Positions 35,516-48,600 of a DNA stretch of 64,000 nucleotides are shown here, piece after piece (the first letter of the stretch is position 1; every line of letters begins with the position of its first letter). This stretch comes from Polymyxa betae A26-41. Taxonomy: Eukaryota > Protista > Endomyxa: Phytomyxea. The translations under genes were made by a program, and so were the position numbers. The notes beneath the pieces are model-generated. The model did no database searches, was not told the origin of the DNA, and saw nothing but the letters and a program-made list of their open reading frames with translations. The DNA lies in assembly GCA_003693705.1 (NCBI GenBank), contig RBZT01000480.1, positions 1 through 64,000 of the forward strand. Direction: 5' to 3'.

Positions 35516-35776
35516 TCATCTGAAACAACTAGATCGACGTCTTCTGGAGCTTCTAGGATAGGTGACCAATATGGCGGCAGTCGCAGCAGTGGCAAAAACC
35601 GAGAGGACATCGTGATCAACATGTTCGCTGGATGGTTGCAGGTTTGGAACAGGTGGAGGAGGCGGTATGCGAGCTTTCAGATCAGGAATCACGAATCTAG
35701 ACGAAATTTGGGAGGCATCACGAGCATTAGCAACAAGAAGAGCAGCAACGGTAAGGACGATGTATAGCGCGAGCAT
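35516..35776 (-). CDS. Small signal-peptide protein with poly-Pro (86 aa; 3' end uncertain)
   Basis: MLALYIVLTVAALLVANA signal peptide, PPPPP, then a hydrophobic stretch and RRRR. Confidence 0.5.
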   Translation of the reverse strand: MLALYIVLTVAALLVANARDASQISSRFVIPDLKARIPPPPPVPNLQPSSEHVDHDVLSVFATAATAAILVTYPRSSRRRRSSCFR

Positions 35777-36105
35777 TGTAAGGTTTGAAGGGGCCGATCT
35801 CATCGGATGCTTGACCTCGGTTATCGCTTGGATTAATTTAAAGATCAAACGCGATGCGATTATGTAAGAATAGCACAATGATAAAGGCCATGCTGATTGA
35901 TTAAATGCTTTGCAATTGGATCTGGTACTAATCACTCGGTTTTCAGCTTTACGAATTAGCCCTCAGTCTATGTAGAACATTCATACGTGCAGTAGCAGGT
36001 TCCATTGCATCTCTGGATGTAAAACTGATTCGGCTTTTCTCTTAGATCCACAATACCGGAATGTGACGCAAGCGATAATAACCGGTTCATCAATTTTTGC
36101 TTTCA

Positions 36106-36419
36106 ATGTCGATATCGTCACATCTATCGCGAGACATGGTATCGGGTCGGTCATTAACCATCATCTACACGGTTCTTGTCGTAACTATGTCCATAACTAA
36201 TGTAATCGCAAGTTATGTCAGTACCGAATACGATCGTCTGCATCAGATCTCGAATACCGCTTTACTTATGGCCGAAAGTGGCGTCATTGTTTTGGCAGGA
36301 ATTGCCATTGCCCGGCTGCAGCGGTGAGGTTATCGCCCCTATGGGTACGAAAAGCGTGACATGATGTATTCAGGGCTGATCTAGAATCGCAGCTGATGGA
36401 AGAGTCGGCCACCGCCTAA
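36106..36419 (+). CDS. Small 2-TM membrane protein, 2 exons
   Basis: Two hydrophobic helices. Intron 36324-36373 (GTGAG..TTCAG) adds ADLESQLMEESATA in frame. Confidence 0.6.
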
Positions 36420-37675
36420 CGAATGAAGAGTCGGTGTTTTAGCTTCAAAAGAATTGGGAACCCACGAATAACCGTCATATACAATAGCATTTAAAACATT
36501 CAGGATAGAAGCAGTGAATATCAAATATTTAAATTGATATGATTTATATACTTATGAACAATCAAATGCATGAAAACACCAAACCAATCGTACATCTTCA
36601 CATTAGATTAATGGCCACCCGTAGATAGGCCTAATCCGAACAACGAGGATTTTCCCAGAAGCATGATTGAAGCGACTCTGAACACCATTGGGTTGGATTA
36701 TCTAGGTTATTGACTACATCAACATCTGATGCTTTTTACAACACCTCCATTTCCACAGGAGTTGTCAGGTCGATCAAATCAACAGCTAGGAACCGATGTC
36801 GGTTTAGTGTCTACATCTTGTTAAACTCATTGGAATCATAAAATAGTTATTTCGAAGACATTCACGGGCAGATTGGTCAAGTTTGGCTATACGAACATCC
36901 AGCTATGTTTCATCCCTGAAGAGAGCTTTAAGGAATACGTTATCACAGGTGCTTTATAGCGATTCAAAGAACAGCTATCGTGAACTCTGAAAGAGCTTAC
37001 AACATTGGATCCAGTTGGCGAATGACAGACATCTTACCGTAATCTGGCATGCTGAATCAAGCTCTACTCAGCTTCCTGTTGAATTGAACATAGCCATGAT
37101 CTTCGAGCTGGAACAACGGCTCCCAAGGGTCGATTTAAATGTTCGAGAAGCAGAGCTGTCTCCAGGACAAAACGACGAATGGAATTTATCGCTTTCGTTG
37201 CCATTGGAAGTTATACAATCACCCAATGTTAGACAATCAATAACCTCATCATGATATTCAAAGCCAAAATTCCTAGAATGCTCATCGATCATTCAAAGCA
37301 AAGTCGAAGGGTTAACGCTTTGAATTGCATTGATAAGTTACGCTATGCCGGAATGTTTTGATGGTGGATGAGACAGTTAAAGCCCAGCGAAAAACACAGG
37401 CCTGATAGCCTGTATTTTACCAATGGACAGATTTCCACAGCCAAAGGGCAAATTTAAAGTCTTCAATGACGCTGTGGTTGGAGCTTAAGACATTCATGAG
37501 CAAATCTGTCACCAATGGAGAATGAGAGAAGCCACAACTCTGGTACCGGTAGCCGGTAGGTACTTGTTTTTGGCATCACGATCTTGTAAATAATTGGAGA
37601 GATTTAGATAGTGCGGAGTGCGTCATATAAACTTGCTTTGGCCGAAGCCTGACTCTCATTCTCGCTATATATACC

Positions 37676-38490
37676 ATGTCTTCATCTTCCGTTGTAGCTC
37701 AGTCTTCGGATTTATACGAGGTCGATATTGATGATGAACCTCGTGATGATGAGGAGGACGTTGAGGCGATGAAGAGACGTGTCAGAGAGATGGAGGAGGA
37801 AGCGGCTAAAATCGAGGCCACCATTGCCGCAAACAATACCGAGGCAGACTCGTCGACATCACCATCTGGTGGTGCTGGATCTCAATCAGATCCAGATGCT
37901 CGATCTGTTTATGTTGGTAATGTTGATTATCAGGCAACCCCAGAAGAGTTGCAATCTTTTTTCCAGTCGTGTGGTGTCGTGAACCGAATCACCATCGTCT
38001 GCGATAAATTCACAGGTCATCCGAAAGGTTTTGCTTATGTTGAATTCAGCGATGCTGAAGCTGTTGCTAATGCCATGCTGCTGAATGAAACTGAGTTCAG
38101 GACTCGAATTTTGAAGGTCAACTTATCAATTTTTTCTGCTATTTACTCAATTCTGTATGCAGATTTCACCCAAACGTACCAATGTTCCAGGATTTAGTCG
38201 TGGAGGCTCTGTAAGCAACTTAATAGTTTCACTTATTCGCATTGATCCGTTTCATTGTCTTATAAGCTTACACCGTGATTTCCTCGGACGAATCTTTTTT
38301 TATAGTTTGTTGTTGAAGCTTCTGGCTGTTCATGAGCGATGGAAATCTAATCATGCTAACTCGCTTTCGCTAATATTTAACTCAGCGGCGGTTTGCTGGT
38401 GGACGACGACGAGGCCGATTCCCTCCATCTTATGGTCGTTTCCGTGGTGGAAGAGGTCGAGGTCGTGGTTCACATCCATACTATTCCTAG
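37676..38490 (+). CDS. PABPN1: Nuclear poly(A)-binding protein, 3 exons
   Basis: Coiled coil EAMKRRVREMEEEA, RRM DARSVYVGNVDY..DKFTGHPKGFAYVEF, KRTNVPG, RG-rich tail ending HPYYS. Confidence 0.95.
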
Positions 38491-38976
38491 AAATATACTC
38501 TGCATTATCTGTTTTAATTTCAAGTCATTGCAAACCACTGCTAAGATGTATGAAAGAGAATACGAATTCCACAAAATATCAACGAAAAAAATGCTCTTGA
38601 AGCGCAACTTAACGAAATGATTGTGGATGATGCCTACAATAGAAAATGTTTGTTTGCCAAAAAATATGAAACAATATATTTTTCGAGAACTATTAATGCA
38701 TCACTGATGAATTGTTCCAAAAACTGTAAGTGTAATAATATAAATAAATCAGAACTCACCACTTTGTGCCTATGTTTGTATAAACTGCACGTCTCCAGCC
38801 TTCCTGTTCTTTTTCATCAACATGGGATTGCTATTCTACTACATCGGTGTAATGTTACAGGTGGAGATCCTGCCTATTTATAACTCATAGTATTAACTGA
38901 TAGGGTTTAGTCGCGTGGCCTCATCTCTCAGTACCTCTATATTAGGTGTGATGACTCAGATCTTGTTCAGTCGGTC

Positions 38977-41342
38977 ATGTCCAATAACGAACTGAATCCC
39001 AGTTCTATTTCTGAGGCTGAATTCACACATTTAATCTCTGTACCAACACCAGATCCTATCTCCGCCCAAACTGAACGTGATCGTTTCCATCAGTTCGTCA
39101 TCAGCAATGTCACCCGGCATCGTCTCCTATACAGCCGACAGCTGGGAATCATGGCTAGCACCGATCTCGATCTTGTCTTGCAGGCTCTGCTTCCGCTAGC
39201 TACCGATTCTGATCATCAGGTTCGAGTTAGTGCTTGCTCTGATTTGGCTGATATATATCGAGCTGGCATCTTGCAAAATCTGCATGATGTGGTACTTGGC
39301 GCTCTGGTAAAAGTCTTACAGATTGCTTTATTAGATGAATCTGGTGATTTGAGATGGACAGCTATGGATTCTGTAGTATCAATGATACCAATGATGTCAC
39401 AATCAAAGATCAATCAGGTTATCATACCTATAACCGATCAGATGTGGAACCAGCCAATCAGTGATGAAATACGAGCTAATGCTGTCACTCTTTTATATCG
39501 TTTAATGCCATGGCTATCTACCCATCAAGTTGAAAGAATACGACAGCAGACTGCATTTTGGTCTAAAGATCAATCGTTTCGGGTTCGTAAAGCAGTAGCC
39601 CGATATATCTTTGAGGTCGGCGATGAGTTTTTGCCAATAGCTGAGAGTCTATCTCGAGATCCGATATGGTCTGTTCGACAAGCTATCGTTCAAGGTCTCA
39701 TACAATCTCTGCAGAGAATCGAATCGCCTGCTCTTAGACAGGAATTTCTAATCCCTCAAATGAAACGAGCTTGTGCTGATATATCGAGATGGGTGCGAAA
39801 AGACTCGCACGAAGTTCTCGGCGCTTTCTTATTCCATTTGGATCCCGATCAGATCGATGATGAGCTTCTCTCATTATTCACATCTCTACCAGGATTATCG
39901 CAAGACGCTGCTGATAATGACGATCACTTTGCTTGTGCATATCATTTTCCAGCAGTAACTGCCCGGTTGGGAAGATCACGTTGGTCTGATCTATCATCAA
40001 GTTATATGCTGTTATGTCGTAATCCGACATTTAAAGTTCGAAGGTCGTTAGCATACTCTATATGCGAAGTTGGACGAGTTGTTGGGCCTGAAATCACAGA
40101 TAGGGATCTACTTCCTATCTTTGAGCTTTTTTTCAAAGACCTTGATGAAGTTCGACAAGGCATCATCGATAATCTGTCCGATTTTCTTTCTTGTATGTCG
40201 TTGAGATCCCGATTGACGTACACAGATTTATTATGGGATATTCAGAGAGAAGCATCAAGACAATGGAGGTATTGTAGTTCTTGCCTTTTACTAAGACTAT
40301 CTCAGTCTTTCTCACTCAATTTCATGGTTCACAAAGGTTTATTTAAGTTTAGTTCACTCTTCCATTCCCACACCTGTCGTGGTTTGAAAAATCGTTAAGC
40401 GCTTCAATGTTATATACAATTTGAGCGATACCAGCTGTGCTTTGATGGTTTCTTTTTGTTTTACCACTAACTTTTTATGCAGGTATAGGGCTTCAATAGC
40501 ATCTCAATTGGTCCGACTTTCTGACCTTTTCCCAATCGACACTGTGTGTACCCGTTTGCTACCACTAGCCCTGTACGACGATTTGGTTTCACTCGTTGTT
40601 TCATATAGCCTACTTTAGCACTCATTTTGTGTTTTTCATGCGGTTTTAGATAGTTATTACCTCAACAGCCATTTCTCTTCAAGTGAACGTCAATGAACAG
40701 GACGCTAATGCGTGATCGTGTCGCGCACGTTCGCAAGATTGCTGTTCAATCGATCGGTAATCTTCTGCGAGTCGTTCAGGGTCCAGCTCCTGGCGCATTC
40801 GATGAGCTTCTGGTCGAATGCTTAAGCCTGTCTACGGCTGAATCTTGCCATGATAGGCAACTGTAATAGGAAGTGTTTCTCCACATTGTCAAACTGATGG
40901 TTTCCAGATTTCTCCTTTTATGTCAGTCGTTGCTGTACACTATTCAGCTGCCTTTGTACCGACAATTTTTTCTGGCTCCTTTTGTCGCTCTAGCACACGA
41001 TCGCGTCATAAACGTTCGGCGGCTTTTGGCTCGTATAATATTCGAATTGCCAGGTTGAATGCCGAAACTGTTACCCGTTCGATTATTGATGCTAACACAG
41101 TTGATCATGCAATACGCTCTGATCCGGATGTAGCTCTTGCCATGAGATATCTCCATTCAGCTGAACAGGTGCCTCGCCTATCATATCCATCATCACCCTC
41201 AGTGCAGCTACCACTAGCAATAGCAGGCCTGGAGCCGGTAAAATCTGCCGTTGAGGAAGTTGATGCAGACGTAAGATCAGATGACGTCAAGGGATCTGGT
41301 GAATTCGTTCAGGATTCTGGCCCCTTCAGCGTCAGTGTATAG
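38977..41342 (+). CDS. PPP4R1: HEAT-repeat protein phosphatase 4 regulatory subunit 1, multi-exon
   Basis: FRVRK, WSVRQ and SRWVRK HEAT motifs. CAYHFPAV..LGRSRW..KVRRSLAYSI..DLLPIFELFFKDLDEVRQG matches the PP4R1 C-terminal half. Confidence 0.85.
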
Positions 41343-41646
41343 TTCAATGTTAATATTCTAGTATAAACCTATCCATCGAAATGACTAACTCCAACATTTT
41401 GTCCAAATGCTGGTAGGCAAACAGGAATGATAAAACCAAATTTTGAGACATTCAAGTTTCGCATGAAGCTTTTCCTGTCACTCCTTTGTTCACTATGGCA
41501 AAAGTTCAGGTCCTCACTGTCAACTCGACTTAAAACTTTGGTTTGCACTGCACAAATGCTGTTAACAAGTTTTGATGAATTTTTTGTGAGTACAGTAGGA
41601 TAATCTAAATTTCATGTTTTGTTTATTTGACACTCTGAAATCGTTT

Positions 41647-43056
41647 CTAGACGTCACTGGGTGTTTTCTTTGAATTCATCTCAATCGGTGCTTTAATATT
41701 CTCTGGAATAAACGAAACCACTTTTTCATAAAATTTCTTCACAGCATCAAGTTCTGAAACATAGTACATGACAACACCAAGCAAGATGATACTGATCGCT
41801 ATTGAAGATGGCAGCCAATCTTTCAACGTAACGACAGTAACTGCAACCGAGAAAAGCACAAAGAATGCAGGCAAAACCGGGTATAAGTGAATCCTGTATG
41901 GACGGGCCAGATTGGGATAGCGAGAACGCAACACAAATAGTGCAATACCAACTAGAATAAACACGGACCATTGCCCGACAGTATAGATTGTGACAGCCAT
42001 ACTGACTGCTTCTTCCGGATTCAGGCTAAGAAGTAGCAGTTGAATACATGTCCAGATAGTGAAAAACACGACGGAAACTGCAGGAACTTTGTGTCTTCTA
42101 GTCTCAAATCCTAATATAGCAGGAAGAACTCCATCACGACCATTTCCTTGGATACATCGTGCAGTACCCATCATTATACCATTACAAGCGCCTAGACAAC
42201 AGAAAGAGATTAAAGTGCAGAGGACAGGTTTAAGACCCGGTAATAGGGCCGCAGCAAATGGTCCAGCTAACGATGAAGAGCTTTTCACAAGGATTTGGAG
42301 AGGCAGAACTATATAGAAAGCAAGATTGACCAAGATAGCCAATACCATGGTGAGACCCAAACCAGATAGGTAGACTTTTGGGATATTCTTCTCTGGCTCT
42401 GCCATGTTCTCAGCTAACGGGTTTAAGAAATTCCATCCACCCAGAGCGAAGGCAGCTACCATTACTGCTTCCCCAAATCCAGTCCACTTCTGAAAGCTAA
42501 GGGGTTCAAGGATGAAGGCTTGTGAAGAGACCTGCCCCATAGACATGGCATAAAATCCTCCAGCTACAACTGTCAAAACAGCTAATGCCTTACAGCAAAC
42601 ATTGAATCGATTCAGCATGAGAACGTAGCTTGGATTGATTAGATTCACAAAACACAATAAAGCCATGACGACGATTGATGTCAAATTAGCAAACAGATGG
42701 TTGTCGTGATCATAAAAGATAGCCCAGAGATAACCAGCCATTACTCGAGATATAATAGCACATGCTGTAGACCCGATAATCATAGTCACCGTCCATGCGA
42801 ATATAAACGACACAGATGGTCCGAATGCTTTTCTAAAATAAAGCGATTCAGCACTGGATGAGACTAATGAGGTGCCAAGCTCAGCATAAACAAGAGAACC
42901 TGCCATAGAGATGACACCGGCGACGATCCATGCTGCTATGGCCATATACGGATTCAAAGTAGAGCGTGCTGCTATAGCTGGAGCGAAGAATAGACCAGAA
43001 CCAATCGTACAGCTGAGTACGAAGACAATACCATCGAATACGCCAACACGCAGCAT
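41647..43056 (-). CDS. APC-superfamily (LAT/SLC7-like) amino acid permease, copy 1
   Basis: 469 aa, ~12 TM. TIGSGLFFAP, YAELGT, FALGGWN, ENMAEPEKNIPK, LRSRYPNLARPY. Confidence 0.93.
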   Translation of the reverse strand: MLRVGVFDGIVFVLSCTIGSGLFFAPAIAARSTLNPYMAIAAWIVAGVISMAGSLVYAELGTSLVSSSAESLYFRKAFGPSVSFIFAWTVTMIIGSTACAIISRVMAGYLWAIFYDHDNHLFANLTSIVVMALLCFVNLINPSYVLMLNRFNVCCKALAVLTVVAGGFYAMSMGQVSSQAFILEPLSFQKWTGFGEAVMVAAFALGGWNFLNPLAENMAEPEKNIPKVYLSGLGLTMVLAILVNLAFYIVLPLQILVKSSSSLAGPFAAALLPGLKPVLCTLISFCCLGACNGIMMGTARCIQGNGRDGVLPAILGFETRRHKVPAVSVVFFTIWTCIQLLLLSLNPEEAVSMAVTIYTVGQWSVFILVGIALFVLRSRYPNLARPYRIHLYPVLPAFFVLFSVAVTVVTLKDWLPSSIAISIILLGVVMYYVSELDAVKKFYEKVVSFIPENIKAPIEMNSKKTPSDV

Positions 43057-43406
43057 GATTGAATATGGCTATTATTAGAAATGAAGAGGGCTCTGTATAA
43101 AGCACTTATGAGATTCAGCTTATAACACGGCCATACAATAACCATACACTGACCGATACAATACAACATAACTCGGTCATATCTCTCTCTATATCTGTAA
43201 TCTATACTTAACAAGCTTTGTTTAGATAGTCACAACCCAAATCTTACATCGAACAGGTTGGCGAATGGCGAGGCAGTTATGGGTCGCAATCGAAAGATGG
43301 ACCCTGAAACGGATTCAAGCATTGCCAAGCAATCTAATCAACATAAAAGTTTTCTATCGATAATTAGTTTTCACATTGACAAGTAATAAACCGACACATT
43401 TTATTT

Positions 43407-44894
43407 TCAACCTTCTGGTTGCATTGTTGACTTGGTCATCTCAACGGGTTTGTTTGCTTGGTTCTGACCAGAATCAGGAACGAACGATGCCATTTTGAAG
43501 TATATACTCCTGAATTCGTCGATCTTCGAAGCGCAGAATAAAGCAGCGCCAAACGCAATGATGCCCACAGCGATGACACCGGCTACCCACTCATCGTTTT
43601 TATAAAATGCCATGACGACGATGAATCCAGCAACTAGAATAAAGAAGGCAGGGAATACTGGGTACAGAAACACTTTGTAGGGTCGCTTCATGTTTGGATA
43701 TTTGTAGCGAAGAACGAATAGGGAGAGACCAACCAAGAAGAAGAAACTCCACTGACCAACCGTGTACATGTTGACAACGAATGCGATTGCTCGATCAGGA
43801 TTCATGGACAAAATGAAGATGAGCATGGATGTCCAAAGACTGAAGAATACAACCGAGATGAAAGGAACTTGGTGCTTCTTGGAGGTGACACCGAAAACAC
43901 CAGGAAGGACGCCTTCGCGACCATTTGCAGCGATACACTTGGAGGTTCCCATCATGATTCCATTGCATGAACCAAGACAGCAAAAGCAGATCAATGTGTT
44001 CAACATGATTCGGAAAAGGTTGTACACGACACCATCTACAAATAAGGCTTTAGCCAAAGGAGTGGCTAGCTTTTGTGTTTTGTAGAAGGGAACTTGATCA
44101 ATACCAGCATAGAAAGCAATATTGACAAGTAAAGCAAGGATCATGGTGGCGATCATGCCCAGAGAATAAACCTTCGGAACGTCTTTAGCTGGGTTGGACA
44201 TATCTTCTATAAGAGGGTTCAACATGTTCCATCCAGAAAGAGCAAAGCAGGCGTACATGATAGCAGAACCAAACTTATCAAATTTAGCTTCAGACAATGG
44301 CGCCTGACTGATGAATGGTTTCTGTTGGAAGCCACCGAAAAAGGCAGTGAAGCCAGAGACAATGACAATAACGACAGCGAGAACCTTGCAGATAACATTG
44401 AATCGATTCAGCAAGAGGATGTAGTTCGGGTTGACTAAGTTCACGAGGCAGAGGAATGCCATCACTGAGAGAGCGACTATACAGATTATCGCTGGGTCTG
44501 TACAATTAAAGCTGTCGGTGAAGTATTGTGCAAGAACCCATGAGATACAAGCACATGCAGTTGGACCAATGATAGTGCTCATAGTCCATGAGAACGTGAA
44601 TGACACAGCAGGACCGAAAGCTTTCTCCAGATAACAGGCTTCAGCACTAGCAGATACCAAAGAGGTACCCAATTCTGAATATACCAGAGATCCAGCTAGC
44701 GATAGAACACCAGCAATAAGCCATGCAAGCAAAGAGAGCCATGGATCACGTACAGCCTCAGACGATTCCGATGGAGAAAAGAATAGCCCAGATCCGATAG
44801 TACATGATAGAACGAAGACAACTCCGTCAGCAATGCCGATACCCTTTTTAGCAGGTGGAGCTTGGGGAGTCGCATCAACCTTTACGAAGTCCAT
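43407..44894 (-). CDS. APC-superfamily (LAT/SLC7-like) amino acid permease, copy 2
   Basis: 495 aa tandem paralog. TIGSGLFFSP, YSELGT, FALSGWN, LRYKYPNMKRPYKV. Confidence 0.93.
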   Translation of the reverse strand: MDFVKVDATPQAPPAKKGIGIADGVVFVLSCTIGSGLFFSPSESSEAVRDPWLSLLAWLIAGVLSLAGSLVYSELGTSLVSASAEACYLEKAFGPAVSFTFSWTMSTIIGPTACACISWVLAQYFTDSFNCTDPAIICIVALSVMAFLCLVNLVNPNYILLLNRFNVICKVLAVVIVIVSGFTAFFGGFQQKPFISQAPLSEAKFDKFGSAIMYACFALSGWNMLNPLIEDMSNPAKDVPKVYSLGMIATMILALLVNIAFYAGIDQVPFYKTQKLATPLAKALFVDGVVYNLFRIMLNTLICFCCLGSCNGIMMGTSKCIAANGREGVLPGVFGVTSKKHQVPFISVVFFSLWTSMLIFILSMNPDRAIAFVVNMYTVGQWSFFFLVGLSLFVLRYKYPNMKRPYKVFLYPVFPAFFILVAGFIVVMAFYKNDEWVAGVIAVGIIAFGAALFCASKIDEFRSIYFKMASFVPDSGQNQANKPVEMTKSTMQPEG

Positions 44895-45643
44895 ATTATC
44901 GTACTTGGCTTGGATAGATATGAGTTGGGAATAAATATGGGTTTGGAGCTGTTGATATTAATTGAATAATATCGGTATGACCACGGGGAGTGCATGTGGG
45001 CGCAGAACGAGGACTCCGACATCAGGGCCAGCTAGTCGGTCTAGACTGTAGAGCCGACGGAGTTTGCGAGGCGGCCTGACCCGACATCACATCCATGTCA
45101 CATTAGGACCGAAGATAGATTAACAACCACTGGGAATACTGTCATGAATACGGACATTGATACAGTGCCATAGTCATGGACAAGTGCAGAAATAGGCTCC
45201 CATGTATCCATACAGTACGAGCGAACGCCCTCACATGGTCACTTTCGCCAAATCCGGCTTCAAACAGGCATATATTGGGCAGTATCCAATTCCTATCTCC
45301 GACTAATCAGGGATTAGTCTCTTACTAATCTCTGACTGTAATCACAACTGATATTGATTAATCGCACCATGACTAATTTCTGGAATAATCACTCAGGTAC
45401 ATGCAAAGATACTAGTCAATCCTGTTAGATTGTTTGCTAGTCATTAGCGTTTGAACGTCATGGGCTTACTGTACACAGAGGACTCATGTTTGGGGTAAGA
45501 TATGAGATATTGTCGATATTTTAATACATTAATTAAATAAATAAAGATGAGATTGCAATGTACAGATGAAAGCAATTTTCAACCCATAGATAATGGATGT
45601 ACAATTCATTACTTGTGAAAGCTGCTGCTACCTTTTCGGTATT

Positions 45644-48600
45644 TCATTGAGTGATGAGATGTTTCTTCCACTTCCAGGACTTAATGAAGCAAACAAAGGA
45701 TCACTTCTAACCTAAAACTACTGTTAATGCAACAGATTGTTGTGAAAATGAAATTACCTGTTGCCGAAAGAGCTCAAAGTCATCCATTACTTTAGAACCA
45801 CTGGATTCAGTAGAAGGTGGTATAGACGGTTTCTTAGAAGATGACAAGCTTGCCTCATCTGCACGATCAAGGAGCTGTTGAATCCGAGATAGTGGCCCAA
45901 TCACCCGATCATGCAGCGATTGTGACCATTTCGATTGCAGCGACAACTGGCGACATGCATCATTGATGACATCAGCAAGTGCATTACGATCCCCATCTTC
46001 ACGTTGTGAGAGCATGGCTCCGCAAATAGATGAGTTCTCGCGTTTGATATCGTCCAGATCATGCTCCATGTCAATAAAAGCAGACTTGATGCTATCGATG
46101 TCTTCAGGTGAACATTGGGCGGCGACAGATTTCATGATACCCCGAACACGTTCAAGTAATGGAGGCGAGCGGGTTGTAGTCCAAAGCGTCCCATCCTGCA
46201 TACTTTGAAACAATTGCTTCAGGTCGCGATACATGCGTCCTGTCAAAGCTGAATAATGCTGGATCGCAGCACCCAGCCTTGCAGTTGCTAAGCTCTCAGT
46301 AGATGTATCTGAATAAGCAGGACCCATGTCTCTTGCTGGAGTTGAGCTTCGAACGGGGGAGATAGACGGTGGTGAAACCAAGCGAGTTGCTGAGACACTC
46401 TCATTGATACATACGGGAGTAGGACGGTGAAGAGATCCGGGTGCTGGGGATTCGGTCTTGCGGTGAAGACAGGGAACGGGAGACCGATGTGAGCTAGATC
46501 CTGTAACAAAGAGTCAGCAGCAAGATCTTTCAGGATTACATTTCGTACTTGAAGAAGTAAAACAATCGCGATCAATGAATAGCTTTTGTAAGTCCTTCAT
46601 TTTTGCTTGAACGGCGGCAAATTCCGCTTCTTCTGCTATAAATACAGTTGGGAGGACGACCAAAGGAAATGTGAAATCCTTACTAGCTTTTAACTGCACC
46701 TCTCGCTCGCTGACGTCTGATTCTCGCTCTTTGAGCTTTAATTCGCGAGCATTAATACTACATTGTAGCTGCTGAATGACAGAGTCAGATGATGTCCCGA
46801 CTGAGAGGAATTTACAACCAACCTGAACTAAAGCACGTTCTTGAGCAACATCACTTAGAGCTTTAACTCGATCGACTTGAGCTTGGGCGGCTGCTTCTCT
46901 TGCATCTGCACATTCACGATTGGCTTTTTCTAACATTTGCTCGATTTGTTTCCTCTGGCTTTCCAAGTCATGCAGCAGGTGACGTGCCTCAACAATTTTG
47001 TTTTGTAAATCTGCAAACTCAGACTGTAGTGATTGATTAGCCATCTTGGTCTCTCTCATAGCTTCTCGCGATGCCTTCAATGCAGCTTCAGCATCACGCT
47101 GCTCTGAACGAGCTTGTGATGCCTGCGCGGCAGCTTGTTTCAAAGTAACATTGAGGTCTGTAACACGCATCTCTAAATCTCGTTCTTGGCGTTGGAGCTT
47201 GGCCTGTAAAACTTGAGTTTCTTCTTCGCGTTGCTGAAGCACCTTCATCTGTCTTTCAAGGCTCTTCCGATCATTATCAACAGTGGCATGAGATCGGGCT
47301 AGCCGAGCAGCTTCCTCTTTCAAAGCTTTAGCTTCTTCAGTCACCTTCGTCTGAGCTTGTAAAAGCTTAGCCGCTTCATTGCGATACTTTTCTTCCAGCT
47401 TTTCTCGATCTGCATCCAATGAAACACGCTGCTGCCGACAATCTTCAAGTCGTTGCCCCAAAAGATCGAGCTGTGCTTGAGTATCAGTCTGAAGACGTCG
47501 CTCGTGATTTTCGAGACGTTTGACTCTCTTCTCAGTCTCAGCAGCTTCATCATCCAGAGCGGCACGACGCCGTTGCATTTCTTCCTCTTGAGCAGCGAGC
47601 TCAGTAAAACGTTCAGAAAGAGACGACTGGGTCTGATCCAAAGCTCGAACACGTTGACGGAATTCATCAGCTTCTTGGGCAAGGCGATCCGTTCGTTCTT
47701 GCAGAGTGGTTTCACGCACATCGAGCTCTTGGTTGCGTTGTTCGAGGAATTTGATCCCTTTATTGGCCTGCTCCTGAATCATAGCTTGCTTCTGAGACAG
47801 AATTCCCTCCCGATCTTGTAATCTTTTCTGGTCACGCTCTAGATTAGCAAGTTGTGCAGCTACCTCAGAACGGCGCTCTGTAAGCTCATTGCGGTCGCGC
47901 TGCAGACGTTCACGTCCATCTTCAATGCGATTTGCTTCAACTTGTGCTTGCAAAGAGACTTGACGGCTGCGCTCCAATTCTTTCTGCGACAAAACTTGTT
48001 GTTCGCTGATCTCTTTTTCGGCTTTTTTCAGTGAGGCAGCACGCGAGTCTAAGGCGACACGATCACGTTCCATGGTTTTCCGCTGCCCTTCGAGGTCATG
48101 ATAACGCTGCTCGACTTCCCGCTTTTGCTTGTCCAAAGAAGACCGTCGATTATGCAGAGCCGACTCAGTACTACGAATTTGATCCTCACGACCCAGAATC
48201 TGCTGTTCACGTAAAGAGAGCTTCTCCTGGCGTTGATCAAGAGATCGCCGTTCTCGCTCTACGTTTGACGCCTGATCACTGAGTTTAGTTCGTGTTGCAT
48301 TCAGCTCTTCCTCTAAGGCTTGCAAACGCTCTTTGCGTTCTTTGACAGAAGATAACATAGCTATTAAATCAGCACGCTTGCTTTCAAGATCGAGGACATT
48401 CTGAGTCCGTGCTTGCAAAGCCTTTTCGTTCTCTTCCAGCATAGTTTCGCGTTTAGAGCAGCGCGCTTCGCGATCATCGAACTCTGATTTTGCCAAATCA
48501 AGACGCTTCGACTCATGTTGAAGTCGGTCCTCATCATCGCGCTTCTGATTCTTCCAAACTTCTTGAGCGTTACGCTCTGCTTGTAACTCAGAGCGTGTCT

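Noticed and set aside
45301-45319. Hairpin GACTAATC-AGG-GATTAGTC
   Set aside because: A single 8-bp stem can arise by chance in 64 kb and has no supporting context.
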